Shown piece by piece: positions 11,804 to 19,651 of a stretch of 32,000 bases of DNA. The position numbers and the translations under genes were made by a program. Under the pieces are notes generated by a model. That model worked only from the letters and a program-made list of their open reading frames with translations, made no database searches and was not told the DNA's origin. The stretch lies in NCBI RefSeq assembly GCF_000014785.1, contig NC_008340.1:960001-992000 (forward strand). Direction: 5' to 3'. Positions within the stretch are counted from its first letter, which is position 1, and each line of letters starts with the position of its first letter. The stretch is from Alkalilimnicola ehrlichii MLHE-1. GTDB taxonomy: Bacteria; Pseudomonadota; Gammaproteobacteria; Nitrococcales; Halorhodospiraceae.

Positions 11804-12184
11804 CTACCAGCAGGCGTCCGGCCCACGCTCTCCGGTATGCGTCAGAAACATCGTGCCGTCGCAATCTGAGTCATCGCGCCCGCTCACCTTGTCAGCTTCG
11901 AGTCGGAAGCCCTGATTGTTGTTCTGTAACGACACGTCCACCTCCCAAAGCCCTTGGTCAGACGTGAGGTTACCCGGTACCGAGTACTCGTTGTCCCGGG
12001 TGTACATCCGCTCCATGCGCTGCGCCACACTCATCAGCGCGGCCTGGCCATCAGAGCGCTCACCGCGGATCACCTGATTGGTGTACAGCGGATAGGCGAT
12101 CGAGGCCAGGATGCCCACAATGACCACCACGATCATCACCTCGATCAGTGTGAACCCGCTGTTTCCCGGCCGTTTTGCACGCAT
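11804..12184 (-). CDS. pilE: type IV pilin-like minor pilin, PilE-type
   Basis: MRAKRPGNSG|FTLIEVMIVVVIVGILASIAYPLY is a class III (prepilin) signal with Glu+5. A C-terminal Cys pair is present (..DSDC..PDAC W). The ATG at 12184 is preceded by GAGG. The track start at 12277 adds a non-pilin leader. Confidence 0.85.
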   Translation of the reverse strand: MRAKRPGNSGFTLIEVMIVVVIVGILASIAYPLYTNQVIRGERSDGQAALMSVAQRMERMYTRDNEYSVPGNLTSDQGLWEVDVSLQNNNQGFRLEADKVSGRDDSDCDGTMFLTHTGERGPDACW

Positions 12185-12452
12185 ACCCTTATCCTCGTCC
12201 GCCGTCCCCGCCGCTGGCCGCGGCGATGTCTCCGACTGATTGTCACCAGCTTCGCCCGCCGACCGCGCGCTTTTCATCCGGCAGCCGACGGTTGGTCGCC
12301 ATCCCCTGACGAGCGGCGGCCCGCAAGCTCGCCTCAGCCGCCCGTTCTACGCTAGTCTTCGGTCTTATGGGGCAGGGATTGCCCCGTCGCCGTCCGTTAG
12401 CAGGCCGGCGGGCGTCACCACGGCGCCACCCACAATAGCCATGGAGGGTTTC

Positions 12453-12947
12453 ATGTTACACCAAAAGGGATTAACCCTGGTTGAACTGCTGATTGTCCTG
12501 GTCGTCACGTCCGTGCTCCTGACCCAGGCAGTGCCGGCCCTGAACGGCGTGATCACCAGCCTGCGCCTTACCACTGCCGCCAACGACTTCATCAGCGCCC
12601 TGCACACCGCCCGCAGCCAGGCGGTTCGCTCCAATACCGTCACGGTCTTGTGCCCGGCCGGCCAGGATGGCGCCTGTGACGAGGACGGCGAATTCTCCCA
12701 GGGCTGGCTGGTCACCGGGGATGCCAGCGACCCGTCCGCCACCCACCGGCTGTGGTCCGCCCCCGGGCCGGAAATCCAGGTCAACTTCCCGCAGGACGGC
12801 CTGGCGCGGTTCAGCGGTGATGGGATCCCGCGTCAGGCCGGCGGGGGCTTCCTGGCCGGCACGGCGGTGTTCTGTCTCAACGGGCAGTCGCGGCGGGTGA
12901 TCCTGTCCCGCAACGGGCGGATCCGGACGGTGACCACGGAGTGCTGA
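12453..12947 (+). CDS. fimT: GspH/FimT-family minor pilin
   Basis: MLHQKG|LTLVELLIVLVV.. prepilin leader, plus the GspH-type segment LRLTTAANDFISALHTARSQAV. GGAGG lies 5 nt upstream of the ATG at 12453. Confidence 0.8.
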   Translation: MLHQKGLTLVELLIVLVVTSVLLTQAVPALNGVITSLRLTTAANDFISALHTARSQAVRSNTVTVLCPAGQDGACDEDGEFSQGWLVTGDASDPSATHRLWSAPGPEIQVNFPQDGLARFSGDGIPRQAGGGFLAGTAVFCLNGQSRRVILSRNGRIRTVTTEC

Positions 12948-13035
12948 GGCCGCCCGGGACCGCTCGTCGGCGGATGGACGCCGCCAGTCGCGGCGCCCGC
13001 GCCTGGCCTACCCAATAGCCCTTATGCTTTAAGGC

Positions 13036-13494
13036 ATGAAAAGGTCTAACGGTTTTACGCTTATCGAGTTGATGATCACGCTGGTGGTGCTGGCCGTGGT
13101 CGCGGCCATCGCCGCCCCGTCGATGCAGCGGATCATGGCGCGTAATCAGCTCACCACCGCCGCCAACGACATGGTGACGGCGTTGACCGTGGCGCGGAGC
13201 CAGGCGGTGCGCGAGGGCAGCCCCTGGACGGTGACCATGTCCGGAGATGCCGAGAGCTGGCTGCTGGTGGATGCCGACAGTGGCGGGTCGGACCGGCAGC
13301 GGCGCTTTTCGCGCAATGCCAACGTCGCCGTCGACAGCACGGCCGATGTCACCTTCGATCCCCGTGGCCGGCCGGATCCAAGCGCGACCTATCACTATAG
13401 GCTGAGTCACACCGGTACCGGCGTTGACCCCCGATGCGTGGAGGTCCGCCGGAGCGGACAGGTTGGGGTTGTCGATTGCGAGGATGAGCCATGA
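13036..13494 (+). CDS. fimU: GspH/FimU-family minor pilin
   Basis: MKRSNG|FTLIELMITLVV.. prepilin leader, plus NQLTTAANDMVTALTVARSQAV. The stop overlaps the pilV start (ATGA). Confidence 0.8.
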   Translation: MKRSNGFTLIELMITLVVLAVVAAIAAPSMQRIMARNQLTTAANDMVTALTVARSQAVREGSPWTVTMSGDAESWLLVDADSGGSDRQRRFSRNANVAVDSTADVTFDPRGRPDPSATYHYRLSHTGTGVDPRCVEVRRSGQVGVVDCEDEP

Positions 13495-14003
13495 GATCAG
13501 CCATCCATTCAACCACAGGACCGCGGCGCCAGGGCGGCTTCACCCTACTGGAGGTCCTGATCGCGCTGGTCATCATTTCCGTCGGGCTGCTGGGCGTGCT
13601 GGCGCTGCAGGCCAATATGCTCAGCTACAGCCACAGCGCCTACCTGAGCTCTATGGCCAGCGTACAGGCGCTGGACCTGGAGGAGCGGATGCGGGCCAAC
13701 CGGGGTGCGGTCGTCGACGGGGATTACGACTTCTCGGACTTCGCTCAGATCAGCACCGCCAATCCGGATGCTTGCGAGGGCGGGTTGGCCTGTAACGAGG
13801 CACAGCTTGCAGCCAACGACCTGGCCCGCTGGGCGCGGGCCACTCGGGGCCTCTTCCCGGGCACGTTGGAGGCAGAGCTGAGCCACGAGGGTGCCAATAC
13901 CGATGATCTGCTCTACCGGCTGACCCTGGAGTGGACGGAACGGGGCAGGGGGGGAGATCCGGATGACGACCGCATCGATTTCGATTACTGGTTCCGGTTG
14001 TAG
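13491..14003 (+). CDS. pilV: type IV pilus minor pilin PilV
   Basis: ..RRQGG|FTLLEVLIALVIISVGLLGVLALQ.. is the typical PilV N-terminus. Its position after fimU agrees. Confidence 0.8.
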   Translation: MRSAIHSTTGPRRQGGFTLLEVLIALVIISVGLLGVLALQANMLSYSHSAYLSSMASVQALDLEERMRANRGAVVDGDYDFSDFAQISTANPDACEGGLACNEAQLAANDLARWARATRGLFPGTLEAELSHEGANTDDLLYRLTLEWTERGRGGDPDDDRIDFDYWFRL

Positions 14004-14009
14004 GGGGCT

Positions 14010-14651
14010 GTGATGACGAACGCCCTGAATCAACGCCAGCGCCTGCAGCGGGGTGTGACGCTGGTGGAGCTCATGGTCTCGCTGCTGATCGGCAGCATCA
14101 TCCTGCTCGGGGTGGTGAGCCTCTTCGCCGCCAGCCGGCAGACCCAGGAGACCCAGCAGCACATCAACCGGGTGGCCGAGGATGCCCGCTTCTTCACCGA
14201 GTTCATCGCCCGGGATATTCGCATGGCCGGTTACGCGCCGGATGATTGCAAAGCCGATACCGGACTGGAGGAGAAGGATACGATCGAATGGGATGCCAAT
14301 GACAGCGAGCTCACACTGCGGTACTGCGACGATGACGGCGGCTGGGATGTGGTGAAGGCCATCTATAAGTTCGCCGGCGACCGGGTAAGGTTCAGTGACG
14401 ATGGCGGCACATTGAACCCGCTGGTGGACGGCCTGCGGCTGGAGGGCATTGCATTCGGTGTCCGGCAGGGCAGCAATTTGACCTATCAGAGTGCCCCGGG
14501 GGATGCCACTGACGTACGCACCATCCGCCTCACCTTCACTCTATGGGGCGAGGAAACGCCCGGTGTGGACGAGGATGACCGCGCGATCCCCTGGATTGAG
14601 TTCACCACGGCGGTACGCAACCACACATTCCACCCGCTGGGCAACGACTAG
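14010..14651 (+). CDS. pilW: type IV pilus minor pilin PilW
   Basis: ..LQRG|VTLVELMVSLLIGSIILLGVVSLF..EDARFFTEFIARDIRMAGY is PilW-like. An ATG alternative start exists at 14013. Confidence 0.78.
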   Translation: MMTNALNQRQRLQRGVTLVELMVSLLIGSIILLGVVSLFAASRQTQETQQHINRVAEDARFFTEFIARDIRMAGYAPDDCKADTGLEEKDTIEWDANDSELTLRYCDDDGGWDVVKAIYKFAGDRVRFSDDGGTLNPLVDGLRLEGIAFGVRQGSNLTYQSAPGDATDVRTIRLTFTLWGEETPGVDEDDRAIPWIEFTTAVRNHTFHPLGND

Positions 14652-14663
14652 GAGCTTCGGCCG

Positions 14664-15881
14664 ATGGTGACACCCGCACAGCACCCCACAAGCCCACCAC
14701 TGCAACGGCAGTCCCCGTCACAGGGGGGCGCCGCGCTGGTCGTGGCCCTGCTGATCCTGCTGGTGCTCACCGTGATTGGCATCAGCACAGCGGGCGTCAC
14801 CCTGTTGCAGGAGCGGATGGCGGCCAATACCAAGCAGCAGACGGCTGCGTTGTTCGCCGCCGAGTCCGGTATCGCAGAGGTGCTCTGGTGGCTGGAGCGA
14901 CCGAACAATCCCCTGACCTGCGAGACCAATATGCTCTCGGGGACCCCGGGTGGGCGCTTCACCCGTTTCCAGGTGGACTGCACGGAGGTGCTGCCCGGCC
15001 AGCTGGGTGGCTGCGGCCCCGGGGCGGATGCCTGCTACCGGCTGCTGAGCACTGGTGATCACCTGTCAGCCGACGGCGAGGTGCAGGCCCGGCGGCGGGT
15101 GGAGACCCTGGTCGGTATTGCCCCCGGGCGCGATTTCGGTGATGTGGCCGACGCCGCCGTGAGCTGTTTCGGGGTCAGCATTAGCTGCTCGGTCAACGCC
15201 GGCGGCTCACCCGGCAGTGTGGACGGGCGCGACTACCCCGTTCCCGCCGACTTCGAATGCGAGGGGGCGGGTTGTCGAACCAGCCTCGACCCCGATCGGA
15301 ACGCCGAGGGCACAGTGGACAAGACCGGCGCCCGGCTTTGGGGAGACGGCGAACTGGCGGGTGGCAGTAATCAGTACGCCGGCAACCCGGCCAGCGAGAT
15401 GATCTCTGAGCCCTTCCAGGCTGAGAGTGCGTGGAATGCCTGGTTCGACGCCTGGGTGGAGATCAGCGATGCCCTTGGTGAACCCGCAGTGGTGACCGGG
15501 GCGGTCAACCAAACTGGCGAGCTGGGCACCCGCACCAGTCCGCAGTTCAGCCGCCTTGCCAGTGGCTCGAGTGTCGCCGGCAACCTGTCGGGTGCCGGGG
15601 TGCTGGTGGTGGAAGCGGGGGTCAGCTTCGAGGGCACCATGAGCTACGAGGGCCTGGTGATCCTGATGCCCGGCGCCAGCCTGAACACCGGCAACTCCAC
15701 CTTCTACGGCGCCGTCATCGGACTGGACGGTCAGGTCCTTGATGACCCTTCGGGGACGGGCTCGACCGCCATCACCATCTCCGGGAACGGCGAGATCCGG
15801 TTCAGCAGCCAGGCGCTGGACAACGCCCGCCGGCTGCTCGGTCCGGCGGGTGTCGAGGTGCTGTCCTGGCGGCACCTTTAA
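14664..15881 (+). CDS. pilX: PilX_N-domain pilus assembly protein (large PilX)
   Basis: GGAALVVALLILLVLTVIGISTAGVTLLQERMAANTKQQTAALFAAESG is a PilX N-terminal domain with no Glu+5. 405 aa with a G-rich, beta-strand-like C-terminal region. Confidence 0.75.
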   Translation: MVTPAQHPTSPPLQRQSPSQGGAALVVALLILLVLTVIGISTAGVTLLQERMAANTKQQTAALFAAESGIAEVLWWLERPNNPLTCETNMLSGTPGGRFTRFQVDCTEVLPGQLGGCGPGADACYRLLSTGDHLSADGEVQARRRVETLVGIAPGRDFGDVADAAVSCFGVSISCSVNAGGSPGSVDGRDYPVPADFECEGAGCRTSLDPDRNAEGTVDKTGARLWGDGELAGGSNQYAGNPASEMISEPFQAESAWNAWFDAWVEISDALGEPAVVTGAVNQTGELGTRTSPQFSRLASGSSVAGNLSGAGVLVVEAGVSFEGTMSYEGLVILMPGASLNTGNSTFYGAVIGLDGQVLDDPSGTGSTAITISGNGEIRFSSQALDNARRLLGPAGVEVLSWRHL

Positions 15882-15888
15882 CGGAATC

Positions 15889-15912
15889 CGCCGCCGGGCC
15901 ATCCCGGCGGCA
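15889..15912 (+). other. GC-rich intercistronic hairpin between the two PilX paralogs
   Basis: ccgccggg (15891-15898), ccat loop, cccggcgg (15903-15910). The 8-bp stem is perfect and there is no U-tract. Confidence 0.4.
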
Positions 15913-15943
15913 GGCAAAACGGCCCTAAGTGCAGGAGCAACCC

Positions 15944-17143
15944 ATGGACACCATGAGGCACGAGACAAGACCCGGCCAGCGCCGCGAGGCAGGCTCCGCC
16001 CTGATCCTAGCGATGCTCATCCTGTTGGTCCTGACCGTCATCGGCATCTCCGGCGCGAACCAGGCGATGCTGCAGGAGCGTATGGCCAGCAATTCGAAGC
16101 AGCAGACGGATGCCTTGTTTGCAGCGGATAGTGGAGTGGCTGCTGCACTCAGAGAACTGCATGAAGCGGGTGCCGGCATCGACTGCAATGCAGCGGAAGG
16201 ATTAATCGATGGATTAGCTGGCACTGTCGGAGAGCACGGAGAGTACAACTTATCTCTATTGACTCCGTGTGACGATACACACTCGGATTTCGAGGCGTGG
16301 TTAAATGTCCGCAGCGAGGGGAGAGTGTCAGGACAGGCTGGATCAGTACGGCGTGTAGACTTTGAGCTTTTCGTCCCGGCCCCAGTGTATACCGATGACA
16401 ACCATCCTGCATTTGATCGTGGGATTTTTGCGGATGGCAAATTCGTGCAGAATGGCAAGTCTTACTATCTTACCGGTGTCCACTCCAATACAGCGATCGA
16501 TTTCGCTAATCCTAGTACAGTAGAGGGGCTCGTATCTGTTGCAGGGGATGGGGCTGTTCATGGGGCTGGGTTAGAGGAAGGGGACTTTCTTAGAACCGAC
16601 GTTTTGGACGTTCCGCGCGTCGAGGATTTCATAGCCGAGTTTGTTGAAGGTGGAATGGTTCCACCAGATGATGAGCCGAACTCTGAGGTCCGTTTTGGTG
16701 AAGAGCATTGTGACGCATTATCCAGTGGGGTGGACCGAGAAGATAATCCGACAGGCCATATAACCTATTATTGTGAAGGGAATGTGGAGGTTGGAGGTAG
16801 TTTCAGTGATGTGACGATTATTGCGACCGGTGATTTGACTCATAATGGTGCTGCGCAATACTCGGCGGAAGGGGAGTCGAATACCGCATTTATTGCGCAA
16901 GGAAATATGGAGTTTAATGGAAAGACGGGGCCAAGTACGGCGACCTACTGGACTGATGGGGACTTTGTTCACAACGGTTCTTCCGATATTTCAGGGTCAG
17001 TCGTTGCCAGCGGTGAGGTGGTGTTCAATGGAGGGTCAAGTTTTGTTGCTGAGGATGTGTCGAACCCATGGTTGCCGCCAGCCGAGGATGACGATGAGGA
17101 CAATCTTGCTTTCGCTGGTTATTGGCGACAGACCACAGACTAG
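15944..17143 (+). CDS. second PilX_N-domain protein with a beta-solenoid-like C-terminal domain and acidic tail
   Basis: AGSALILAMLILLVLTVIGISGANQAMLQERMASNSKQQTDALFAADSG is paralogous to the pilX N-terminus. AGGAG lies 6 nt upstream of the ATG at 15944. The C-terminus has four G-[DNE]-h-x-h-N-G repeats. The gene body from about 16100 onward is AT-rich. Confidence 0.7.
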   Translation: MDTMRHETRPGQRREAGSALILAMLILLVLTVIGISGANQAMLQERMASNSKQQTDALFAADSGVAAALRELHEAGAGIDCNAAEGLIDGLAGTVGEHGEYNLSLLTPCDDTHSDFEAWLNVRSEGRVSGQAGSVRRVDFELFVPAPVYTDDNHPAFDRGIFADGKFVQNGKSYYLTGVHSNTAIDFANPSTVEGLVSVAGDGAVHGAGLEEGDFLRTDVLDVPRVEDFIAEFVEGGMVPPDDEPNSEVRFGEEHCDALSSGVDREDNPTGHITYYCEGNVEVGGSFSDVTIIATGDLTHNGAAQYSAEGESNTAFIAQGNMEFNGKTGPSTATYWTDGDFVHNGSSDISGSVVASGEVVFNGGSSFVAEDVSNPWLPPAEDDDEDNLAFAGYWRQTTD

Positions 17144-17300
17144 GTGACTATGTTAAATCGTCATTCCCTGTTTTATGTGCGCGCTCATTATTTTTCCTGG
17201 GGCCGGCCGACTGTTTTGCAACGTAATAACGGTTGATCCCATGTTGAAACGCCCCATTTCATGGCCTCGTGCTATGGTTGGCGCGTTGTCCGCCTCGTAA
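16100..17300. other. compositionally atypical low-GC patch
   Basis: 60-nt lines counted at 16441 and 16801 give 47% and 43% GC, against about 70% in a typical backbone line such as 7021. The boundaries, near 16080-16140 and 17280-17340, both fall inside genes. Confidence 0.7.
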
Positions 17301-18019
17301 TTGCTGTATTGCGCGCGGATTCCTGCCGGCGGGGTTATCTCCCCCGCCCACACGGTCTCAATACTCCCCACATTGATCGCCCCCACCAGCACCACCGCCA
17401 TCGGCCCTCGGTCGGTGTCGAAAATACAGGCCACCCGCTCGTTGCGCGCAAACAGCTTAGGCACTGTACGCACGGTAAAGGGCGCCACGCTGAACAACCG
17501 CCCCGGTATATGAATCATCTGCCGCAGGGTGCCGGTCATCGGCATGTGCACCCGGTGGTAGTCCCGCGGTGACAGGTAGATGGTCGCAAACCAGCCATCC
17601 CGAAACTCCTCCGCCAACGCCTCATCACCTCCCAGAAGCTCGGCGGTGGTGAAGCTGTGGCCCTTGGCCTGGAAGATCGTGTCCCTCTCAATGGGCCCCA
17701 TCTGGCTGATGGTGCCGTCCGCCGGTGACAGGATGGCGTCCGGGTCGTCCGGCAGCGGGCGGGCCTCGGGCTTCAGGGCCCGCGTGAAGAAGGCATTGAA
17801 GGTGGGGTAGGCGGTGGGGTCCTCCTCCAGTGCCTCGCTCATGTCCACCTTGAACACCCGGATGAAGGCCTTGATCAGCAGGTTCTTGAACCACGGCGTC
17901 TCCACCCGGACCGCCCAGTGCACCATCCGCGAGATGGCGTGGTGGGGCAGGGGGTAGAGCAGTGCGGCCTTCAGGTGGTCCAACCCGGTGGCGGGGCTTT
18001 CGTCTCGGTAAACACTCAT
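17153..18019 (-). CDS. psd: phosphatidylserine decarboxylase proenzyme
   Basis: 288 aa with ..YPTFNAFFTR.., ..YLSPRDYHRVHMP.. and the self-cleavage motif RFNMGSTVI (G-S-T). Confidence 0.93.
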   Translation of the reverse strand: MSVYRDESPATGLDHLKAALLYPLPHHAISRMVHWAVRVETPWFKNLLIKAFIRVFKVDMSEALEEDPTAYPTFNAFFTRALKPEARPLPDDPDAILSPADGTISQMGPIERDTIFQAKGHSFTTAELLGGDEALAEEFRDGWFATIYLSPRDYHRVHMPMTGTLRQMIHIPGRLFSVAPFTVRTVPKLFARNERVACIFDTDRGPMAVVLVGAINVGSIETVWAGEITPPAGIRAQYSNYEADNAPTIARGHEMGRFNMGSTVITLQNSRPAPGKIMSAHIKQGMTI

Positions 18020-18128
18020 CCGCGGTGGCTCTCAGGCAGTGGCGCGTGGCACGGTGGCCAGAGCATACCGGAAAAGCGCCCCAAGGCGGCAGGCCGACGC
18101 CAATATGACGGGTGATATACTCCTACTT

Positions 18129-18428
18129 ATGCGATTGACCAGCCAACAGATTGCCACGATCAGGAAGGCTGTGGCCGAACAATTGGGCGAGGATGCGCGT
18201 GTGCGGCTCTTCGGTTCCCGTGTGGATGATGCGGCGCGGGGCGGTGACATTGATTTATTGGTGGAGACAGACCGTATACTGGCCAATCGCCCGGCCGAGG
18301 CCAGCCGGCTGGCGGCCAAGCTGCAGCTTGCCTTAGGCGATCAACGCATCGACGTGCTGATTATAGACCCCGCCACGCGTATGCAGCCTATTCATAAGGT
18401 CGCTCGAGAAACAGGGGTGGCGCTTTGA
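18129..18428 (+). CDS. mntA: minimal nucleotidyltransferase (MNT), antitoxin-like
   Basis: RLFGSRVDDAARGGDIDLLV is the NTase G-S..D-x-D motif, with a third acidic site in RIDVLIID. About 99 aa. The alternative ATG at 18105 has poor codon bias. The track start at 18039 lies in the psd promoter region. Confidence 0.75.
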   Translation: MRLTSQQIATIRKAVAEQLGEDARVRLFGSRVDDAARGGDIDLLVETDRILANRPAEASRLAAKLQLALGDQRIDVLIIDPATRMQPIHKVARETGVAL

Positions 18429-18943
18429 CGCTTAGACCTGCAAGTGATCGGCTGATCTTCCTGCTGGATACCGTCCGGCGGGAGGGCGAACACCTGATAC
18501 ACACCACTCAGCGACTGCTACCCCATCCTGTGGACACCACCTGGGTTGCGGGCCTGGAGGAGGACCCGGATCGAGCGGAGCGCCTGGATGCGTTTGTCGC
18601 CCGTTTTTCCAGGATGCAGGATACGCTGGGGGATCGATTGCTGCCGGAACTGCTCCGGCAAATGCTGGAGACGCCAGGCTCCGCTCTGGATAACCTGAAT
18701 CGCCTCGAGAAGCTCGGCTTGTTGGCGTCTGTGGTCGATTGGGTCGAGGCACGTAATCTCCGTAATCGGCTGGTTCACGAGTATATGCGTGATGCTGAGG
18801 AGTTCGCGGGCGCCGTGAACCGGGCACGGGAACTCGTGCCGATGTTGATCAACACGTTCAATACCATAAACCGGTACGCGCGAGAACACTTTTCCGGCCA
18901 AGGCTGGCCCGGGGAACTCAGTGGGCCCAGCTACCCCTCGTGA
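18425..18943 (+). CDS. hepT: HEPN-domain protein (HepT / HI0074-like), toxin-like
   Basis: RNRLVHEY at aa 113-120 (nt 18761-18784) fits the HEPN Rx4H motif with Tyr at +2. The TTG start overlaps the MNT stop (TTGA). The gene sits immediately downstream of an MNT gene. Confidence 0.7.
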   Translation: MTLRPASDRLIFLLDTVRREGEHLIHTTQRLLPHPVDTTWVAGLEEDPDRAERLDAFVARFSRMQDTLGDRLLPELLRQMLETPGSALDNLNRLEKLGLLASVVDWVEARNLRNRLVHEYMRDAEEFAGAVNRARELVPMLINTFNTINRYAREHFSGQGWPGELSGPSYPS

Positions 18944-19554
18944 TAGGCGCGCATCTGCCGGAAATCCGCCACGATACTCTCCGGTGCGTGGGGGTAGGGG
19001 AAAATGGCCTGTAGGTGCCCCCCGGGGTTGATCAGCAGGAACTGCGCACTGTGGTCGATCTGGTATTCCCCGCCGCCCGTGTCATGCCGGGCGTGGACGA
19101 TGCCCAGGTTGCGGGTGAGCACCTCCACCTTGTCCATCTCGCCGGTGACGCCCAGGTAGTCCTCACCGAACCAGCCCACATACTCCTTCAGCCGCTCCGG
19201 CGTGTCGCGATCAGGGTCCACGGAGACGAACACCACCTGCAGGTCCTCGTCATCGCCGGTCTCGGCCAGCAGGGTTTCGATCCGGTTCATGGCGGCCAGG
19301 GACATGGGGCAGATGTCCGGGCAGTGGGTGAAGCCGAAGAACATGAAGGTCCACTGCCCCTCCAGCCGCCGGTTGTCGAAGGGCCTCTCGTGCTGGTCCA
19401 CCAGCTCGAACGGGGTGATGGCCCGTCCCCCCTCCAGCCAGGTGGCCTCTGTCTCCGGGGGCTCGGGCGTGCCAGCGCCCATCCATGCGGCACTCAGGGC
19501 GCCGCCGCCCACGGCCACCACGGCCACCAGAACCCAGCCGAACACGCTCCTCAT
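18931..19554 (-). CDS. SCO1/SenC family copper chaperone / thiol-disulfide oxidoreductase
   Basis: MRSVFGWVLVAVVAV membrane anchor, FFGFTHCPDICP (CxxxC) motif and FVSVDPDRDTPE. The ATG at 19554 is preceded by GAGGAGAG. The track start at 19653 is an extension. Confidence 0.88.
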   Translation of the reverse strand: MRSVFGWVLVAVVAVGGGALSAAWMGAGTPEPPETEATWLEGGRAITPFELVDQHERPFDNRRLEGQWTFMFFGFTHCPDICPMSLAAMNRIETLLAETGDDEDLQVVFVSVDPDRDTPERLKEYVGWFGEDYLGVTGEMDKVEVLTRNLGIVHARHDTGGGEYQIDHSAQFLLINPGGHLQAIFPYPHAPESIVADFRQMRAYHEG

Positions 19555-19651
19555 GCCTCGTCTCTCCTCATACTCGGTGCAATGCGTGGATACCCTACCG
19601 GGGAGTGTAGCGGTGTTACTATTGCACGGAAGTGAGGAGGCCGTTGCGACC

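Noticed and set aside
11026-11967. ORFs inside repeat cluster 1 (11026..11640 minus strand, 11124..11510, 11578..11967, 11679..11915, 11597..11803)
   Set aside because: Their peptides (..PVIARSAATRRSTP.., ..RHCEEAKPTWQS..) are simply translations of the REP-like modules in several frames and on both strands. There are no start contexts and the ORFs mutually overlap.
12185-12452. N-terminal extensions of pilE (to 12277) and fimT (from 12240) given by the ORF track
   Set aside because: Prepilin leaders are short. Internal ATGs with good Shine-Dalgarno sequences sit 6-10 residues before the G|FTLIE-type cleavage site. The two extensions also overlap each other in the divergent spacer.
19202-19651. 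150-aa N-terminal extension of prmB in the ORF track
   Set aside because: The extension is antisense to the SCO1 gene. The PrmB homology starts at MENLQTVPPELETLRDF (ATG at 19652).
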